Notes under the pieces: model-generated
The model's database searches: none
The model's input: only the letters and a program-made list of their open reading frames with translations
Told to the model about the DNA's origin: nothing
Assembly (NCBI GenBank): GCA_011911785.1
Contig: GCA_011911785.1_4084.1
Source: a phage
Length of the DNA stretch: 64,000 bases
Reading direction: 5' to 3' (one strand)
Made by a program: the position numbers and the translations under genes
In this document: positions 1-13,588 of the stretch, in pieces
Layout: each line of letters opens with the position of its first letter
Position numbering within the stretch: the first letter of the stretch is position 1

Positions 1-1
1 T

Positions 2-464
<463 letters not shown>

Positions 465-474
465 TTAAAAAAAG

Positions 475-1621
<1,147 letters not shown>

Positions 1622-1622
1622 A

Positions 1623-1680
<58 letters not shown>

Positions 1681-1685
1681 CAATC

Positions 1686-1841
<156 letters not shown>

Positions 1842-1870
1842 CAAAAACGAAATTACAATAGGAAATTAAA

Positions 1871-2056
1871 ATGCAACTTTTAATTCTTTCAATATTGTAT
1901 ATTATTATAATGGTTCCGATATCAATACGTTTAATTACAGTTGAACGATTTTTATCGAAACATGGAAATAGGTCTATGATCTTTGTACCAATCGGTCTGA
2001 TATTGTTTGGTATATTTGCATTTATAATGGGAATTAACGCTACATTCATTTCATAG
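1871..2056 (+). CDS. small hydrophobic membrane protein
   Basis: ATG with AGGAAA upstream; two hydrophobic segments. Confidence 0.5.
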   Translation: MQLLILSILYIIIMVPISIRLITVERFLSKHGNRSMIFVPIGLILFGIFAFIMGINATFIS

Positions 2057-2065
2057 GAAACAAAT

Positions 2066-2547
<482 letters not shown>

Positions 2548-2554
2548 AAGAACG

Positions 2555-2587
<33 letters not shown>

Positions 2588-2588
2588 C

Positions 2589-2644
<56 letters not shown>

Positions 2645-2645
2645 T

Positions 2646-2879
<234 letters not shown>

Positions 2880-2882
2880 TGT

Positions 2883-3227
<345 letters not shown>

Positions 3228-3228
3228 T

Positions 3229-3657
<429 letters not shown>

Positions 3658-3665
<8 letters not shown>

Positions 3666-4020
3666 TCTAATAGTACGTATAATGCAAGATGTTCGAAAGA
3701 ACCTTTATACAGGCAATTTTGACGATTCGAACATTAAACTATTATGTTATGATGGTTTTACCTTGGTACATCCATCTGAATCAAATAATATATACATATC
3801 ATATACTTCCAAAAATCAATTATATCAATTTGATATATATAGCACAATGGCTAAAATAACTTTGGACGTATCCAAGCAGCCTATTCTTATCGCTGTACCA
3901 GAATGCAATTACACTGAAGAATCACTGTTTCAGTACTCAATGATAAATGACATTGGCGACTTGACATTAGAAGAGATTAACGCTATACTAGATGTATCAC
4001 GTTTGATTAATGCCTACTAA
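3658..4020 (+). CDS. hypothetical protein, EE-YFQ-S module family (variant EESLFQYS)
   Basis: Overlaps upstream stop; conserved C-terminal module ...DLTLEEINAILDV. Confidence 0.6.
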
Positions 4021-4033
4021 TTTGGAGATTAAT

Positions 4034-4225
4034 ATGTTCTGGAATTTGTTATGTCTTTTTGGTCGTACCTTTGTTCTTGCAATTATTCATACACCAGGTA
4101 TTCGTAATTTTGTTTCTTATGAATTTAAGAAAAATTATCACAACAATACTGAAGTTCGTGCCACTAAAATGTGCAAAGACTTCAATGTAACAGTACCACC
4201 ATTTAAGAAGTACGAGGATGAATAA
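4034..4225 (+). CDS. small hydrophobic protein
   Basis: Internal ATG of track ORF with GGAG upstream. Confidence 0.4.
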   Translation: MFWNLLCLFGRTFVLAIIHTPGIRNFVSYEFKKNYHNNTEVRATKMCKDFNVTVPPFKKYEDE

Positions 4226-4503
4226 TGGAATTCATTGTAGCTCCTGAAGAACTCAAGACCTTTAAGTTCAAAGATAATTATACGTATTCAAATCATTCCT
4301 TGAATTCAATTCATGTAATTGCAATGGTTGCATCTGAATATAAAGATAACCCGTGTATTGATTTTAAAACCACTGATGGTGAATATACATGGGTGATCCC
4401 ACGAGATAAATATAGTTATCAAGGGGCAGTAGAAATTCGTGACTCGATTCTAAAACAAATCGAAGATGGACATACTCATCCTAAACTAAACATTCAGTAC
4501 TGA
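4225..4503 (+). CDS. hypothetical protein
   Basis: ATG with AGGATGA upstream, abuts previous stop. Confidence 0.55.
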   Translation: MEFIVAPEELKTFKFKDNYTYSNHSLNSIHVIAMVASEYKDNPCIDFKTTDGEYTWVIPRDKYSYQGAVEIRDSILKQIEDGHTHPKLNIQY

Positions 4504-4753
4504 AAATGTTATACCGATAGCTTCTGGAGCAGTACTGAATCCTCCTTTTTCTTTCAGAAGCTATCACATATTTTGTCGTAAAATGGTACTGTGAGTGGTT
4601 TGTCTTTCCATTCTCTCCAGGTCCAGTACCTATCATTGTAGTTCTGGAGAGATATAACATGTATAATGTTTTTTACCTCCTGTTTATCATTATATATGTC
4701 ACTAAACGAGTAATAACTACCCTCCCTCTAGGTTATTACTTTTGATTTTGGTA

Positions 4754-4782
4754 TTGACTTTCAATGCCGCAAATGTTATACT
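4754..4782 (+). promoter_or_regulatory. sigma70-type promoter (TTGACT-17-TATACT) followed by hairpin and T-run in the leader
   Basis: Hexamers read directly; GGCTGATTC...GAATCGGCC plus T-run lies between promoter and SD of 4833 gene. Confidence 0.5.
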
Positions 4783-4832
4783 TAAGGCTGATTCAAATTG
4801 AATCGGCCTTTTTTCTTTTTAAGGAGAACACC

Positions 4833-5228
4833 ATGAATTTGGTTGTAGAAGACGATATCTTTTCCGATGCTATTGAGTATATGTACAATCTTGTTAGACT
4901 TAATGAATTTGTACAACGTCATACATTGACACATAAGGATGGGATTATTACTGTTGGTGCATACATTAATGGATACTTAACCGAGTTTTACAATTGTGAT
5001 AACATTTTTATAACCATTGATAACATCACTACGACTAATGACATATCCATTGATTTATTCAAAGATCATATTGAAATTGATATAGACAAGATGATTGCCA
5101 TCGATATCGATCCTGTAATGTATGAGTTACAAGAAGAAATGTATGAGCAATTATGCTTTGTGTATGATTTGAGTAAAATTTCATTCTTTGACTTACGCAG
5201 AATCTGTTACGTAGTAGGTAAGTTATGA
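4833..5228 (+). CDS. hypothetical acidic protein
   Basis: ATG 7 nt after AAGGAG; track start 4764 lies inside the promoter. Confidence 0.55.
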   Translation: MNLVVEDDIFSDAIEYMYNLVRLNEFVQRHTLTHKDGIITVGAYINGYLTEFYNCDNIFITIDNITTTNDISIDLFKDHIEIDIDKMIAIDIDPVMYELQEEMYEQLCFVYDLSKISFFDLRRICYVVGKL

Positions 5229-5698
5229 CAAATATACGTGATGTATTAATGCAGTACGGTATCAGTGCTGAAATGCTTTCAGATGAAATTATTAAAAACT
5301 CTAAGATAGAATTTATGTTTAATAGACACCGTTATCCAGGTGTTTATATTAATCGATCCTGTTCATTAATTTACTTTGAATACATGGATGAATATGTTAT
5401 CATTGAAGAAATCAAACTCAATGGATGGCACTGTACAATTGAGTTAACGAAACCAAGAACCAAGAACAAAATAGTGATTAGTATTAATATCTATTACGAT
5501 ATTAGTACTGAAGATGGAGCCTCACACTTTGTTCGAGTTTTGTCATCTGATGATAATTTAAAGTTAGATTATAAATCAGAAGAAGAATACTTTCAGGAAA
5601 GTTTAATCAATGATTTAGTTTTTGATTATAACTTTTATAAAGAACTATCAAAAAACTTCGTTGAATGTATCAAACTATATGAGGAAGAGGACGAATGA
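5225..5698 (+). CDS. hypothetical protein, EE-YFQ-S module family
   Basis: ATGA overlap; C-terminal SEEEYFQESLINDL. Confidence 0.65.
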   Translation: MTNIRDVLMQYGISAEMLSDEIIKNSKIEFMFNRHRYPGVYINRSCSLIYFEYMDEYVIIEEIKLNGWHCTIELTKPRTKNKIVISINIYYDISTEDGASHFVRVLSSDDNLKLDYKSEEEYFQESLINDLVFDYNFYKELSKNFVECIKLYEEEDE

Positions 5699-6114
5699 AA
5701 AATTATAAGTTAAGTACAGAATACAATGAAATGATCATCAATGCACTTGATAATCATGGTGAGTTTCGTTATCCAGGTGAAGGATTGAACGTTTACTTCG
5801 GAGATGAAAACTGGTGCTATCTGAATAATGGTGTTCTGACTATCCATATTCAGGATATTAAAAGTGATGTATCATTTGGAATTCACCTAGTTCCCGGTAC
5901 ATTGGTTAATGACGCACGTATCAATGTTATTGTCAATGAGAACGAATTCTTTCATGATGATTTTGAAGATGTTAAAATGGCAGCTAGTAAGATGTATACT
6001 ACTGAAGAAGAGTACTTTCAGGATAGTACTGTGAAAGATATGCGAATCCCTTATGAGTTGATGGTTTCAGTACAGAAATTTATTGAGGATTTCAGATGCG
6101 ATTTGATCAAGTAG
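5695..6114 (+). CDS. hypothetical protein, EE-YFQ-S module family
   Basis: ATGA overlap; C-terminal TEEEYFQDS. Confidence 0.65.
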   Translation: MKNYKLSTEYNEMIINALDNHGEFRYPGEGLNVYFGDENWCYLNNGVLTIHIQDIKSDVSFGIHLVPGTLVNDARINVIVNENEFFHDDFEDVKMAASKMYTTEEEYFQDSTVKDMRIPYELMVSVQKFIEDFRCDLIK

Positions 6115-6563
6115 TTAATCGTGAGTACTTGGGTCGTATGGTGGGTGCTGCAATTGACATGATGGTAAAAAAGATGTGCCGTTATCATCCATCACAATGG
6201 AATGCTTCATATAGCATTGAGATATATGCATATAAACTTCATGGGGCTGCAACTTCATTTGAGAAAATTCACTCATTGAGGCTTCACATGTACAGGGGAA
6301 CCGAACGTACATACACTGTAATTGTGAATTCCGGTGGTGTTACATTACATTTAACACCATTTAATGCTGTTAATTTGGATTTAAGTTCAGTTATTGAGAG
6401 CACAGAAATCTGTCACATTGAAGTTGGTGCTAATTATCATCCATTAACCGAAGAACAGTACTTCCAGATTCAAACTCTACATGATATCCATGACTTGACA
6501 TATGAAGAAATTCGTGATTTAATAAGATTAAGTGCAATGATTCCAAATAAGGGTACAGTGTGA
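6096..6563 (+). CDS. hypothetical protein, EE-YFQ-S module family
   Basis: C-terminal TEEQYFQIQTLHDIHDLTYEEIRDLIRL. Confidence 0.65.
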   Translation: MRFDQVVNREYLGRMVGAAIDMMVKKMCRYHPSQWNASYSIEIYAYKLHGAATSFEKIHSLRLHMYRGTERTYTVIVNSGGVTLHLTPFNAVNLDLSSVIESTEICHIEVGANYHPLTEEQYFQIQTLHDIHDLTYEEIRDLIRLSAMIPNKGTV

Positions 6564-6666
6564 ACGACCACATAACTGTCTGATTTGAATGGGTTGACAT
6601 TTAACCAATGTAAAAGAATTGTTTCTATATGTAATCGAATTACATATGAGTACACGGAGATATAAA

Positions 6667-7113
6667 ATGGCATTTGGTAACATTGAAGAAGTACAACTAG
6701 TATTTGAAAACTGTGAAGTTCAAAACTTCAAGTTCACTGACATTCTGTACATGTATGTTGGTGATGAATCGCAACGTGCATATCGTTATGCTAATGGTTT
6801 GTCAATTGAATCAGTACTGAAGAAGTTTGCTATTGTCTTTAAGAAAGACACGGAGGCTGATTTTTACAACGGAACTTCATTGGTAGATCGCCTGTCAGAG
6901 CGTGATGTTACTCATGTTGTGTTCTTCGGTGCAAATGACAAAATGGCATCATATGTCATTGACTGGGGTGAATATGATTCATGTAATATGCAGTACTCAA
7001 TCAATCAGAGGTTGCAATTTACACCTGATGGACATATCATCTTCACAAGCAGTACAGAAGATATGATTAAGATTGATGCAGAAGAGATTGATTCTTTTGC
7101 GAGGTACATGTAA
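6667..7113 (+). CDS. hypothetical protein
   Basis: ATG after GGAGATATAAA. Confidence 0.55.
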   Translation: MAFGNIEEVQLVFENCEVQNFKFTDILYMYVGDESQRAYRYANGLSIESVLKKFAIVFKKDTEADFYNGTSLVDRLSERDVTHVVFFGANDKMASYVIDWGEYDSCNMQYSINQRLQFTPDGHIIFTSSTEDMIKIDAEEIDSFARYM

Positions 7114-7577
7114 TGCGTCCAGTACTGAAAGATATTAAATCCAGGAAATATTTTCCTGGGTTTATGGAGTACATCATTGGGTTAGCTGAATCCAAGACTG
7201 GAAATAAAATTGATATCCAACTAGGTAATGTACTTATTTGTGCAAGATCTTATCGTAATAATTTCATGGACATTTTTGAAAGATCCAATTCGATTCTTGC
7301 ATCTCTTGATTTAGAGGGCTATTTAAATGCTAAATTCGTATTGGATATATACAGTCATGGGTTTTCAATAAGACCTTATAATTCACATTACAATGATGAT
7401 CCCAAAAACTTCTTTGTGCATGTAGAAAATGTTGACCAATTCACTGACCTTAGTGATGAAAGTTACTTTCAGATGCAGGTGGCATATGACCTACAGGACT
7501 TGACACGTCAAGAAATCAATGCTATCCTCTATGTATGTTCTAAATTGAAAGAAAATGAGGTAAGCGGTCGTGTCTAA
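7113..7577 (+). CDS. hypothetical protein, EE-YFQ-S module family (variant SDESYFQMQ)
   Basis: TAATG overlap; conserved C-terminal module. Confidence 0.65.
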   Translation: MRPVLKDIKSRKYFPGFMEYIIGLAESKTGNKIDIQLGNVLICARSYRNNFMDIFERSNSILASLDLEGYLNAKFVLDIYSHGFSIRPYNSHYNDDPKNFFVHVENVDQFTDLSDESYFQMQVAYDLQDLTRQEINAILYVCSKLKENEVSGRV

Positions 7578-7998
7578 TACAGCAAAGATTAAAGTTCATT
7601 TTCGTGACACATGGAAAGACGTAGATACTGGTAACGTACTAAATGTAGAATACAGTACAGAAACAGTTCATGCCGATGATATGGGAACGGCTAAAGCTCA
7701 AGCACAGAAACTGAAAGAAACCGAAGGTGTTGCCATTTTTGAAGGGGTTGAGCATACTCGTGAATGTATCAATGTAGATGTGATTACTGAAAATGTCACA
7801 GTACTATCAAAGGAACAGATGTTTGATTTCATTTTAAATCACACTGTATCTATTACACCAGACAACACACTTTGGACCAAAACTGATGGCACAAAGGTAC
7901 GTAATAAGTACAAAGTTATAATTGATGGTATTAACTATCAGGGTTATGACCTGGTAGATGCAATAAATGAACATACTAGTAAGAGTAGAGGTTATTGA
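7570..7998 (+). CDS. hypothetical protein
   Basis: ORF with short overlap to neighbours. Confidence 0.55.
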   Translation: MSNTAKIKVHFRDTWKDVDTGNVLNVEYSTETVHADDMGTAKAQAQKLKETEGVAIFEGVEHTRECINVDVITENVTVLSKEQMFDFILNHTVSITPDNTLWTKTDGTKVRNKYKVIIDGINYQGYDLVDAINEHTSKSRGY

Positions 7999-8324
7999 AA
8001 ATGTATGCTATAATTATCACTGTAATATGTTGTGCTACTATAATCATCTGCCGTTGTATTGAAAAGAATGCACACATTCGTGGTATGGAAATTGAAAAAG
8101 AACTATATACTGAAAACATAGCAGAAAAGAAACCACAATCTCCATATAAACTTCAGAGAGATATGCATAATGAGTCAAAAACATGGGGTTATTGCATTAC
8201 TCAAAATGGCAGTCGTCTAACATCAAGTTCTGGACATTATCAAATCATCCATAACATTGATGAAGCAAAAGAACTTGTTTGGGAACTAGAGGATCTTGGT
8301 GGCTATGAAAGAACGAAATTTTGA
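7995..8324 (+). CDS. hypothetical protein with N-terminal transmembrane segment
   Basis: ATGA overlap; Cys-rich hydrophobic N-terminus. Confidence 0.5.
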   Translation: MKMYAIIITVICCATIIICRCIEKNAHIRGMEIEKELYTENIAEKKPQSPYKLQRDMHNESKTWGYCITQNGSRLTSSSGHYQIIHNIDEAKELVWELEDLGGYERTKF

Positions 8325-8508
8325 AATTTACAAAACAATTCAGGAATTAAACGTAAAGCATGATATAATGCTAGATGTAGACAATAAGATTGCTTACATG
8401 AAAAAAGAAACTGTTTCAATGCTTCAGAGATTTTCACAAAAAGCATTTTTAATGAAGTTCTGTGCAGATGAGCATCTCACGGGACGAAAACTCTATAACG
8501 AGGCATAA
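8296..8508 (+). CDS. hypothetical protein
   Basis: ORF in tight array. Confidence 0.45.
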   Translation: MVAMKERNFEIYKTIQELNVKHDIMLDVDNKIAYMKKETVSMLQRFSQKAFLMKFCADEHLTGRKLYNEA

Positions 8509-8509
8509 T

Positions 8510-8851
8510 ATGGATTTAAGCTCAACAATTAATTTTTTGAGTGATAATTACGAAAAGGTCATATCAAGGGGTGGTATTATTATCCACCCTGTAACAAATG
8601 AAATGTTCATGGTTCGCTTTGATGCAAATTCATATGACCAAGTACTTGTAATATCACAATTTATCGATTATAATGAAGTTGTTCAATTTTGCTGTACTGA
8701 ATTCGGAATCTATCTTAAAGATGCGGAAACTAATGAGATTGGTCATTACTTATATCAAACTCTGATGGTTACTCTAGATTTTGGACTTACTTTCGAAAAT
8801 CTGGTACAATGTCACTATATGTTTAAAAACTTTCCCGCGTCTGGGAATTAA
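8510..8851 (+). CDS. hypothetical protein (weak similarity to EE-YFQ-S C-terminal module: LTFENLVQ)
   Basis: Internal ATG with GAGG upstream. Confidence 0.5.
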   Translation: MDLSSTINFLSDNYEKVISRGGIIIHPVTNEMFMVRFDANSYDQVLVISQFIDYNEVVQFCCTEFGIYLKDAETNEIGHYLYQTLMVTLDFGLTFENLVQCHYMFKNFPASGN

Positions 8852-8861
8852 TGGAGTTCAA

Positions 8862-9704
8862 ATGTCAAACATTATCGTATTCAAAACTGTATCATTCAAT
8901 AAAGATCTTTATTCTCATTCTTATGTGTCTTCCAATAATCTCATCATTGAGTTGACAAATGGGGCAACGTTGGCGGTAGAATTCGATTCTAGTCTTGAAT
9001 CCAACGCTGCACTAAAAGAACTAGCAATGGTATTAAATGGTGAACCAGTAAACAAATCCAAACCAACTGATGGGTTGGATATGTTGGTCAATAAGATCCT
9101 AAATGGCAAATCTTCTGAAATTGTTGAACTTCTTAAAAATTGTACTGATAAAATCACTGAAACTGTTAGTACTGCAAAATCTAAGGCTGAAGATAAGCTT
9201 TATGAAGAAGCATTTAAAGTCGTTGGTGCAGCAGCAGAATCTAAGTTAAATGGTATGATTAATAATCTTGACCAAGTGCTGTCTCATATGTTCACAAAAG
9301 AATATGAAACTGAAGAACCTGAATCCCAAGAACAACCTTCCAAAAAAGAAGATGTAAAATCTAAAGTGAAATCCGCATTTACTGGTGCTAAAAAGAAATT
9401 TGGTCTATCTGAAGATATCTTTGGATATTCTGATACCACAGCACAAACCGACGATGATTCACAGTCAGATGATATTCTGATTGGTGATATGCTTGATCGT
9501 CAGTTGCGTGCTGAAATTTCAGCATTCGTTGACAGTGTTGTTAGTTCTGAACGTGCACAAGATATGTTCGAAAGTATCAGTAAGAATTTTGGTGAAGAAG
9601 AATCGAAAGCTGCTATTGATGGATTTAAAAATCTAATTTATTCCGTTGCAGTGCAGCACCAAGATAAAACATTAGAATATGTGATTCGCAATTACTTTAT
9701 GTAA
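8862..9704 (+). CDS. hypothetical acidic protein
   Basis: ATG with GGAG upstream; followed by terminator. Confidence 0.55.
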   Translation: MSNIIVFKTVSFNKDLYSHSYVSSNNLIIELTNGATLAVEFDSSLESNAALKELAMVLNGEPVNKSKPTDGLDMLVNKILNGKSSEIVELLKNCTDKITETVSTAKSKAEDKLYEEAFKVVGAAAESKLNGMINNLDQVLSHMFTKEYETEEPESQEQPSKKEDVKSKVKSAFTGAKKKFGLSEDIFGYSDTTAQTDDDSQSDDILIGDMLDRQLRAEISAFVDSVVSSERAQDMFESISKNFGEEESKAAIDGFKNLIYSVAVQHQDKTLEYVIRNYFM

Positions 9705-9712
9705 TGAGAACG

Positions 9713-9738
9713 AAAAAGCCTCCATATGGAGGCTTTTT
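9713..9738. terminator. bidirectional intrinsic terminator between convergent genes
   Basis: GCCTCCATATGGAGGC hairpin flanked by A-run and T-run. Confidence 0.7.
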
Positions 9739-10896
9739 TTATTGTTTGTCATAACCAATCACTACAATCTTAGCATCAAATGCTTCGGCAGAAGTAATTG
9801 TAACATTCTCATCATCATCAAGCTGAATTTCACATTGAACTGCATCATTGTTATTATCATATACTTGAACAAAAACAAATTCTTTTAAGTGTCCAGTACT
9901 GGATATATTAATTTCATACATTTCACCATTGCGTGTCCATTCAGAAGAAGAGACATTTTGTACATATGGAGATGTTTGTAATGTACTACCCAATATACTT
10001 AGTTTTATAGGTGTATTATCATATATTGTTACTGTAATATCACCAGTGGAGCTAACATTAATGCCAGCAGATACCAAATTATTATGATTATCATATACCT
10101 GAATAGCTAAGTTATTACCACGCCCATGTACATCACCAGGGATTCTTGCACTATACACATCACCAGGCCCAGTACTGAATGTAGTTACTGATACAGTAGT
10201 GGTAAAGCCGTCATCATCACCAACATCTAATATATTAAAATTAACGCTTTTTGTATTATAAAAATCAGACGTAAGAGTTATAGTTGCAGTTCCGGTTGAC
10301 ATAATTTCCGGTACTGTTATAATGAATTCATCATTGACTATTGTACTCGTTGAATACTCGGACCCATCTGAAAATTTTACAGTAATTGTCATTCCTGTTG
10401 TGTTGATGGTTTGTCCAGCATTGAACAGTTTACCCGATATTTCAGTATCCCCAACATGAACTGGATTAACTAAAATATTATCTATATCACGATCAATAAT
10501 TGAACAAGTTGGTGTGTACATATCAAAAGTAACATCGGAGTTTCCAAATATCGTTTTGTGTAATTGGAATTTAGTTACAAACCCTGTTGGATCTGTAGGT
10601 TTCAATTGATTAGTGTATCCACGAACAAAGAAAGTATTCTTTGCAATAACATCCAATAATTCATCATCGGATTTTTTATAGTTAAGTAAATTTCCTACCT
10701 TATCATAAGAAGTAATTTGTACGCGTCTATATATTTTGTTTGTTACAGGATCTATAATATCAAATAGTTTATAACTACGCTGTCTGTAAATTCTTATATT
10801 TTTTAATTTGGTTCCATCGATTAGTAAAGCACCATCCACGATATAACCACATTCACCGAACTTGTATTCTCCGGCATCAGCTATGGTTCTAGACAT
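9739..10896 (-). CDS. hypothetical protein with repeated beta-rich segments (possible structural/adhesin-like)
   Basis: 385-aa ORF, GAGGGG SD; only minus-strand gene in block A; recurring V(Y/I)DN motifs. Confidence 0.6.
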   Translation of the reverse strand: MSRTIADAGEYKFGECGYIVDGALLIDGTKLKNIRIYRQRSYKLFDIIDPVTNKIYRRVQITSYDKVGNLLNYKKSDDELLDVIAKNTFFVRGYTNQLKPTDPTGFVTKFQLHKTIFGNSDVTFDMYTPTCSIIDRDIDNILVNPVHVGDTEISGKLFNAGQTINTTGMTITVKFSDGSEYSTSTIVNDEFIITVPEIMSTGTATITLTSDFYNTKSVNFNILDVGDDDGFTTTVSVTTFSTGPGDVYSARIPGDVHGRGNNLAIQVYDNHNNLVSAGINVSSTGDITVTIYDNTPIKLSILGSTLQTSPYVQNVSSSEWTRNGEMYEINISSTGHLKEFVFVQVYDNNNDAVQCEIQLDDDENVTITSAEAFDAKIVVIGYDKQ

Positions 10897-10961
10897 AAAA
10901 CAAACCCCTCATTGTTGAAATGCTTATAAAATATTTATGATAAGGAGGGTGAAAATCGGCC

Positions 10962-10989
10962 TTGACAGACCTGTATTTTTGAGTATAAT
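10962..10989 (+). promoter_or_regulatory. sigma70-type promoter (TTGACA-16-TATAAT)
   Basis: Consensus hexamers. Confidence 0.6.
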
Positions 10990-11017
10990 GTACATTAATA
11001 GTGAAAAGGAGTATTTT

Positions 11018-11602
11018 ATGAATGTATTAGAAAATCGTTTAATTGTTAAAAATGGCAAGATGACTGTGAAACTATACTCTGATGAAGCAGATTCTTTCAT
11101 GGCGAAGGCAATCGAAAAGTCTGAGCGATATCAAGTTCTTGCACCTGAAAACAAATCACCTTATGGGTTTAATCACGCTCATAGTCATTTTGTTGGAATG
11201 GTTTGTGAACACGCATCGTTTGTATTGTTCTCTGAAATTGAAGCCAGTACTGGTATTAAGTTAAACATTGATCCAGCATTCCAATGTGATGGACGTGATG
11301 GTGAATGTGACATTAAAGTAAATGGATTGCGTATAGAAGTAAAAGGTATTAAGTATAAATCATGGAAAGACTTTGGTCCATGTGTCAGTACTCGACAATT
11401 GAAAAACATTCAGAAAAAAGCTGATGTTATTCTGTGGGTCTTGTATAATGAGAAAAAACAAGAATTTACGTTTGAGGGATTCAATTATGTAAAAGACATT
11501 AGTTCGATTCCAGTAGTATTAACAGGTGTACCAGGTCGTCCATTAATTGAGAATCACCCAGTTATTAGTATTCTTAAGCCACTACAGGAGCTACCACTAT
11601 GA
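11018..11602 (+). CDS. hypothetical protein
   Basis: ATG after AAAGGAG; track start 10937 precedes the promoter. Confidence 0.55.
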   Translation: MNVLENRLIVKNGKMTVKLYSDEADSFMAKAIEKSERYQVLAPENKSPYGFNHAHSHFVGMVCEHASFVLFSEIEASTGIKLNIDPAFQCDGRDGECDIKVNGLRIEVKGIKYKSWKDFGPCVSTRQLKNIQKKADVILWVLYNEKKQEFTFEGFNYVKDISSIPVVLTGVPGRPLIENHPVISILKPLQELPL

Positions 11603-11838
11603 TTAAATGTAATATTGAAGTAAATGAATACACTACTAATCAATATAACGGTGAGAAAGAGTTTTCATTTAGTACAGTACAACATGTATTGAATTTCCCA
11701 GTACTTCCATCTATTGGTTCAGTACTGACAATCACAAATACGTATGATACCCAGTACGAGATCCTTGATATTGAGTACAGAGCAAATCTTAGTTCCAGTG
11801 CAGATGTTGAAATCTATATCATCGTAGAAGAGGTATAA
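11599..11838 (+). CDS. hypothetical protein
   Basis: ATGA overlap. Confidence 0.5.
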   Translation: MIKCNIEVNEYTTNQYNGEKEFSFSTVQHVLNFPVLPSIGSVLTITNTYDTQYEILDIEYRANLSSSADVEIYIIVEEV

Positions 11839-12164
11839 TGATGTTCAAGAACTTCATTGCTATAGTAGCAGTACTATTCTTAACTACGTGCTTCATCAAT
11901 CCAGTTTATGCTGATAAAGTGCGATGGAAGGATGTTAAATCACCATCCTATTGTGCTGGTTATGCTAAGGTAAAGGATGAACAACACAATAAGCAGTACT
12001 ATAAGGATATGTTTTCATTTTACAATTCAATGATTTCAGAAACTGACTTGATGGCAAAGAGAGTTGATCGTGAAGATTTCCTTCAAGGCTATGACATGAA
12101 TGATGATGAAAAAACATTAGAATGCGTAGAAGTTTTTAATTACATACGAGGGTTTGATGAATGA
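11838..12164 (+). CDS. secreted small protein (signal peptide)
   Basis: Hydrophobic N-terminus ending VYA. Confidence 0.55.
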   Translation: MMFKNFIAIVAVLFLTTCFINPVYADKVRWKDVKSPSYCAGYAKVKDEQHNKQYYKDMFSFYNSMISETDLMAKRVDREDFLQGYDMNDDEKTLECVEVFNYIRGFDE

Positions 12165-12625
12165 CAGCACTGATATGTATTAGTCTATTTGTTATTGTAT
12201 ATCAATTGATTTTTTCTATCATTGATGATGTTGAACATATTGCATATAGTAAATCTATATCTAAGTTTGAGGGCAATCTTGCTTTTTTTAAATCATTATT
12301 TTGGACATATTTGTTACCCAAAGAATTTTTAGTTGTGTCTTCATATTATTCATCATATAATCTAAACTATAGTATTAGTGATTTAGCAAACATTGAACTG
12401 GTTTGTCGAAATGCTATTAACAATGTTAATGGATACAAAGTTGTGATGAAAAATCCAGGGGTGATCCATTTTATAGAACCAGGTAACAGCAGTTCTGAAC
12501 TAAAACTTAGTGATATGTATCTTTCATATAACTCAATGGAAAGATTCGTTTTACCACCGTACTATATTCGTTTGATCCTAAAAGCACTACAAAATAAAAC
12601 TACAGATGTTCTTGACAGGCTATAG
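12161..12625 (+). CDS. hypothetical protein with N-terminal TM segment
   Basis: ATGA overlap. Confidence 0.5.
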   Translation: MTALICISLFVIVYQLIFSIIDDVEHIAYSKSISKFEGNLAFFKSLFWTYLLPKEFLVVSSYYSSYNLNYSISDLANIELVCRNAINNVNGYKVVMKNPGVIHFIEPGNSSSELKLSDMYLSYNSMERFVLPPYYIRLILKALQNKTTDVLDRL

Positions 12626-12689
12626 GTGAAGTGATAAGATAGTACCAATGAAACACAACACTAATTTATAATCTAATGAGGAACCAATC

Positions 12690-13148
12690 ATGACAGTATT
12701 AGCTACCCAATTTAAACGAAATACAGAGCAACGTGAAGGTTACTTGAGTATCAGTGAAGTGGTTGAAGGAAACTTCAAACAATACATTTTCAATGCTTCT
12801 ATTAAATTAAAAGCGACAAAATCTGATAAAGATCGTGGCTTTACTAAGTGGGTGGCTTACTGGGAAGATTCACCTGTTGCAATTGAAATGACAGTAATGA
12901 CAACAGTACTGGAAACTGGATACATTAAAGCGACCATTGTAGATAAACAAGTACGAACCATTGATGAGATTGGTCCTTACCCAGCACGAAATTCTAAAGT
13001 ATTTGGTAACTTGATTGATGGTAAGTTTATGTTGGATAAAGATGCACAAGTTTATGTGATGGATAAGGTAGAAAAAGCGGCAGCTAAAAAAGAAGTTGTA
13101 AATCAAAGTCAAATTGACTTAATCAAACAAGCATGGGGTTTAAAATGA
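12690..13148 (+). CDS. hypothetical protein
   Basis: ATG after GAGGAA. Confidence 0.55.
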   Translation: MTVLATQFKRNTEQREGYLSISEVVEGNFKQYIFNASIKLKATKSDKDRGFTKWVAYWEDSPVAIEMTVMTTVLETGYIKATIVDKQVRTIDEIGPYPARNSKVFGNLIDGKFMLDKDAQVYVMDKVEKAAAKKEVVNQSQIDLIKQAWGLK

Positions 13149-13588
13149 TTTCTATCAAATCCGTAAAATACATTTATCTTCTTGGTATTTTGTCTTGGTT
13201 TGCATTACCAGTACTGGACTTCTTTCAAGTCACAGATGGTAACAAGTACCAAACAGTAGTTTCAGTGTTTTCACTTTTATTTTTTCTTGGTGTCTTTTTT
13301 TCTAGTGCTTTTATGATCTTTAGTGATGAAGACGATGCAAGACGTTTCTATGCAGTAGTTTTTGAATTTAAACACTATGGGTGGTATCTAACACTCCCGT
13401 TCATTCCATGTATCATTTATGCTTTCAACTATGAATACTATTCATATATGGGCATGGCAATGATTTTGTTTATTATCCTTGAACGTATGCGAACGGTTCA
13501 AAACAAGTTTGCACAGGAGTACGAAGACATGCAAACTGCGGAAGAGATACGTAGGAAGTCAATTCCAACAACAAAGGTAGATTTATAA
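13145..13588 (+). CDS. multi-pass membrane protein
   Basis: Several hydrophobic helices. Confidence 0.5.
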   Translation: MISIKSVKYIYLLGILSWFALPVLDFFQVTDGNKYQTVVSVFSLLFFLGVFFSSAFMIFSDEDDARRFYAVVFEFKHYGWYLTLPFIPCIIYAFNYEYYSYMGMAMILFIILERMRTVQNKFAQEYEDMQTAEEIRRKSIPTTKVDL

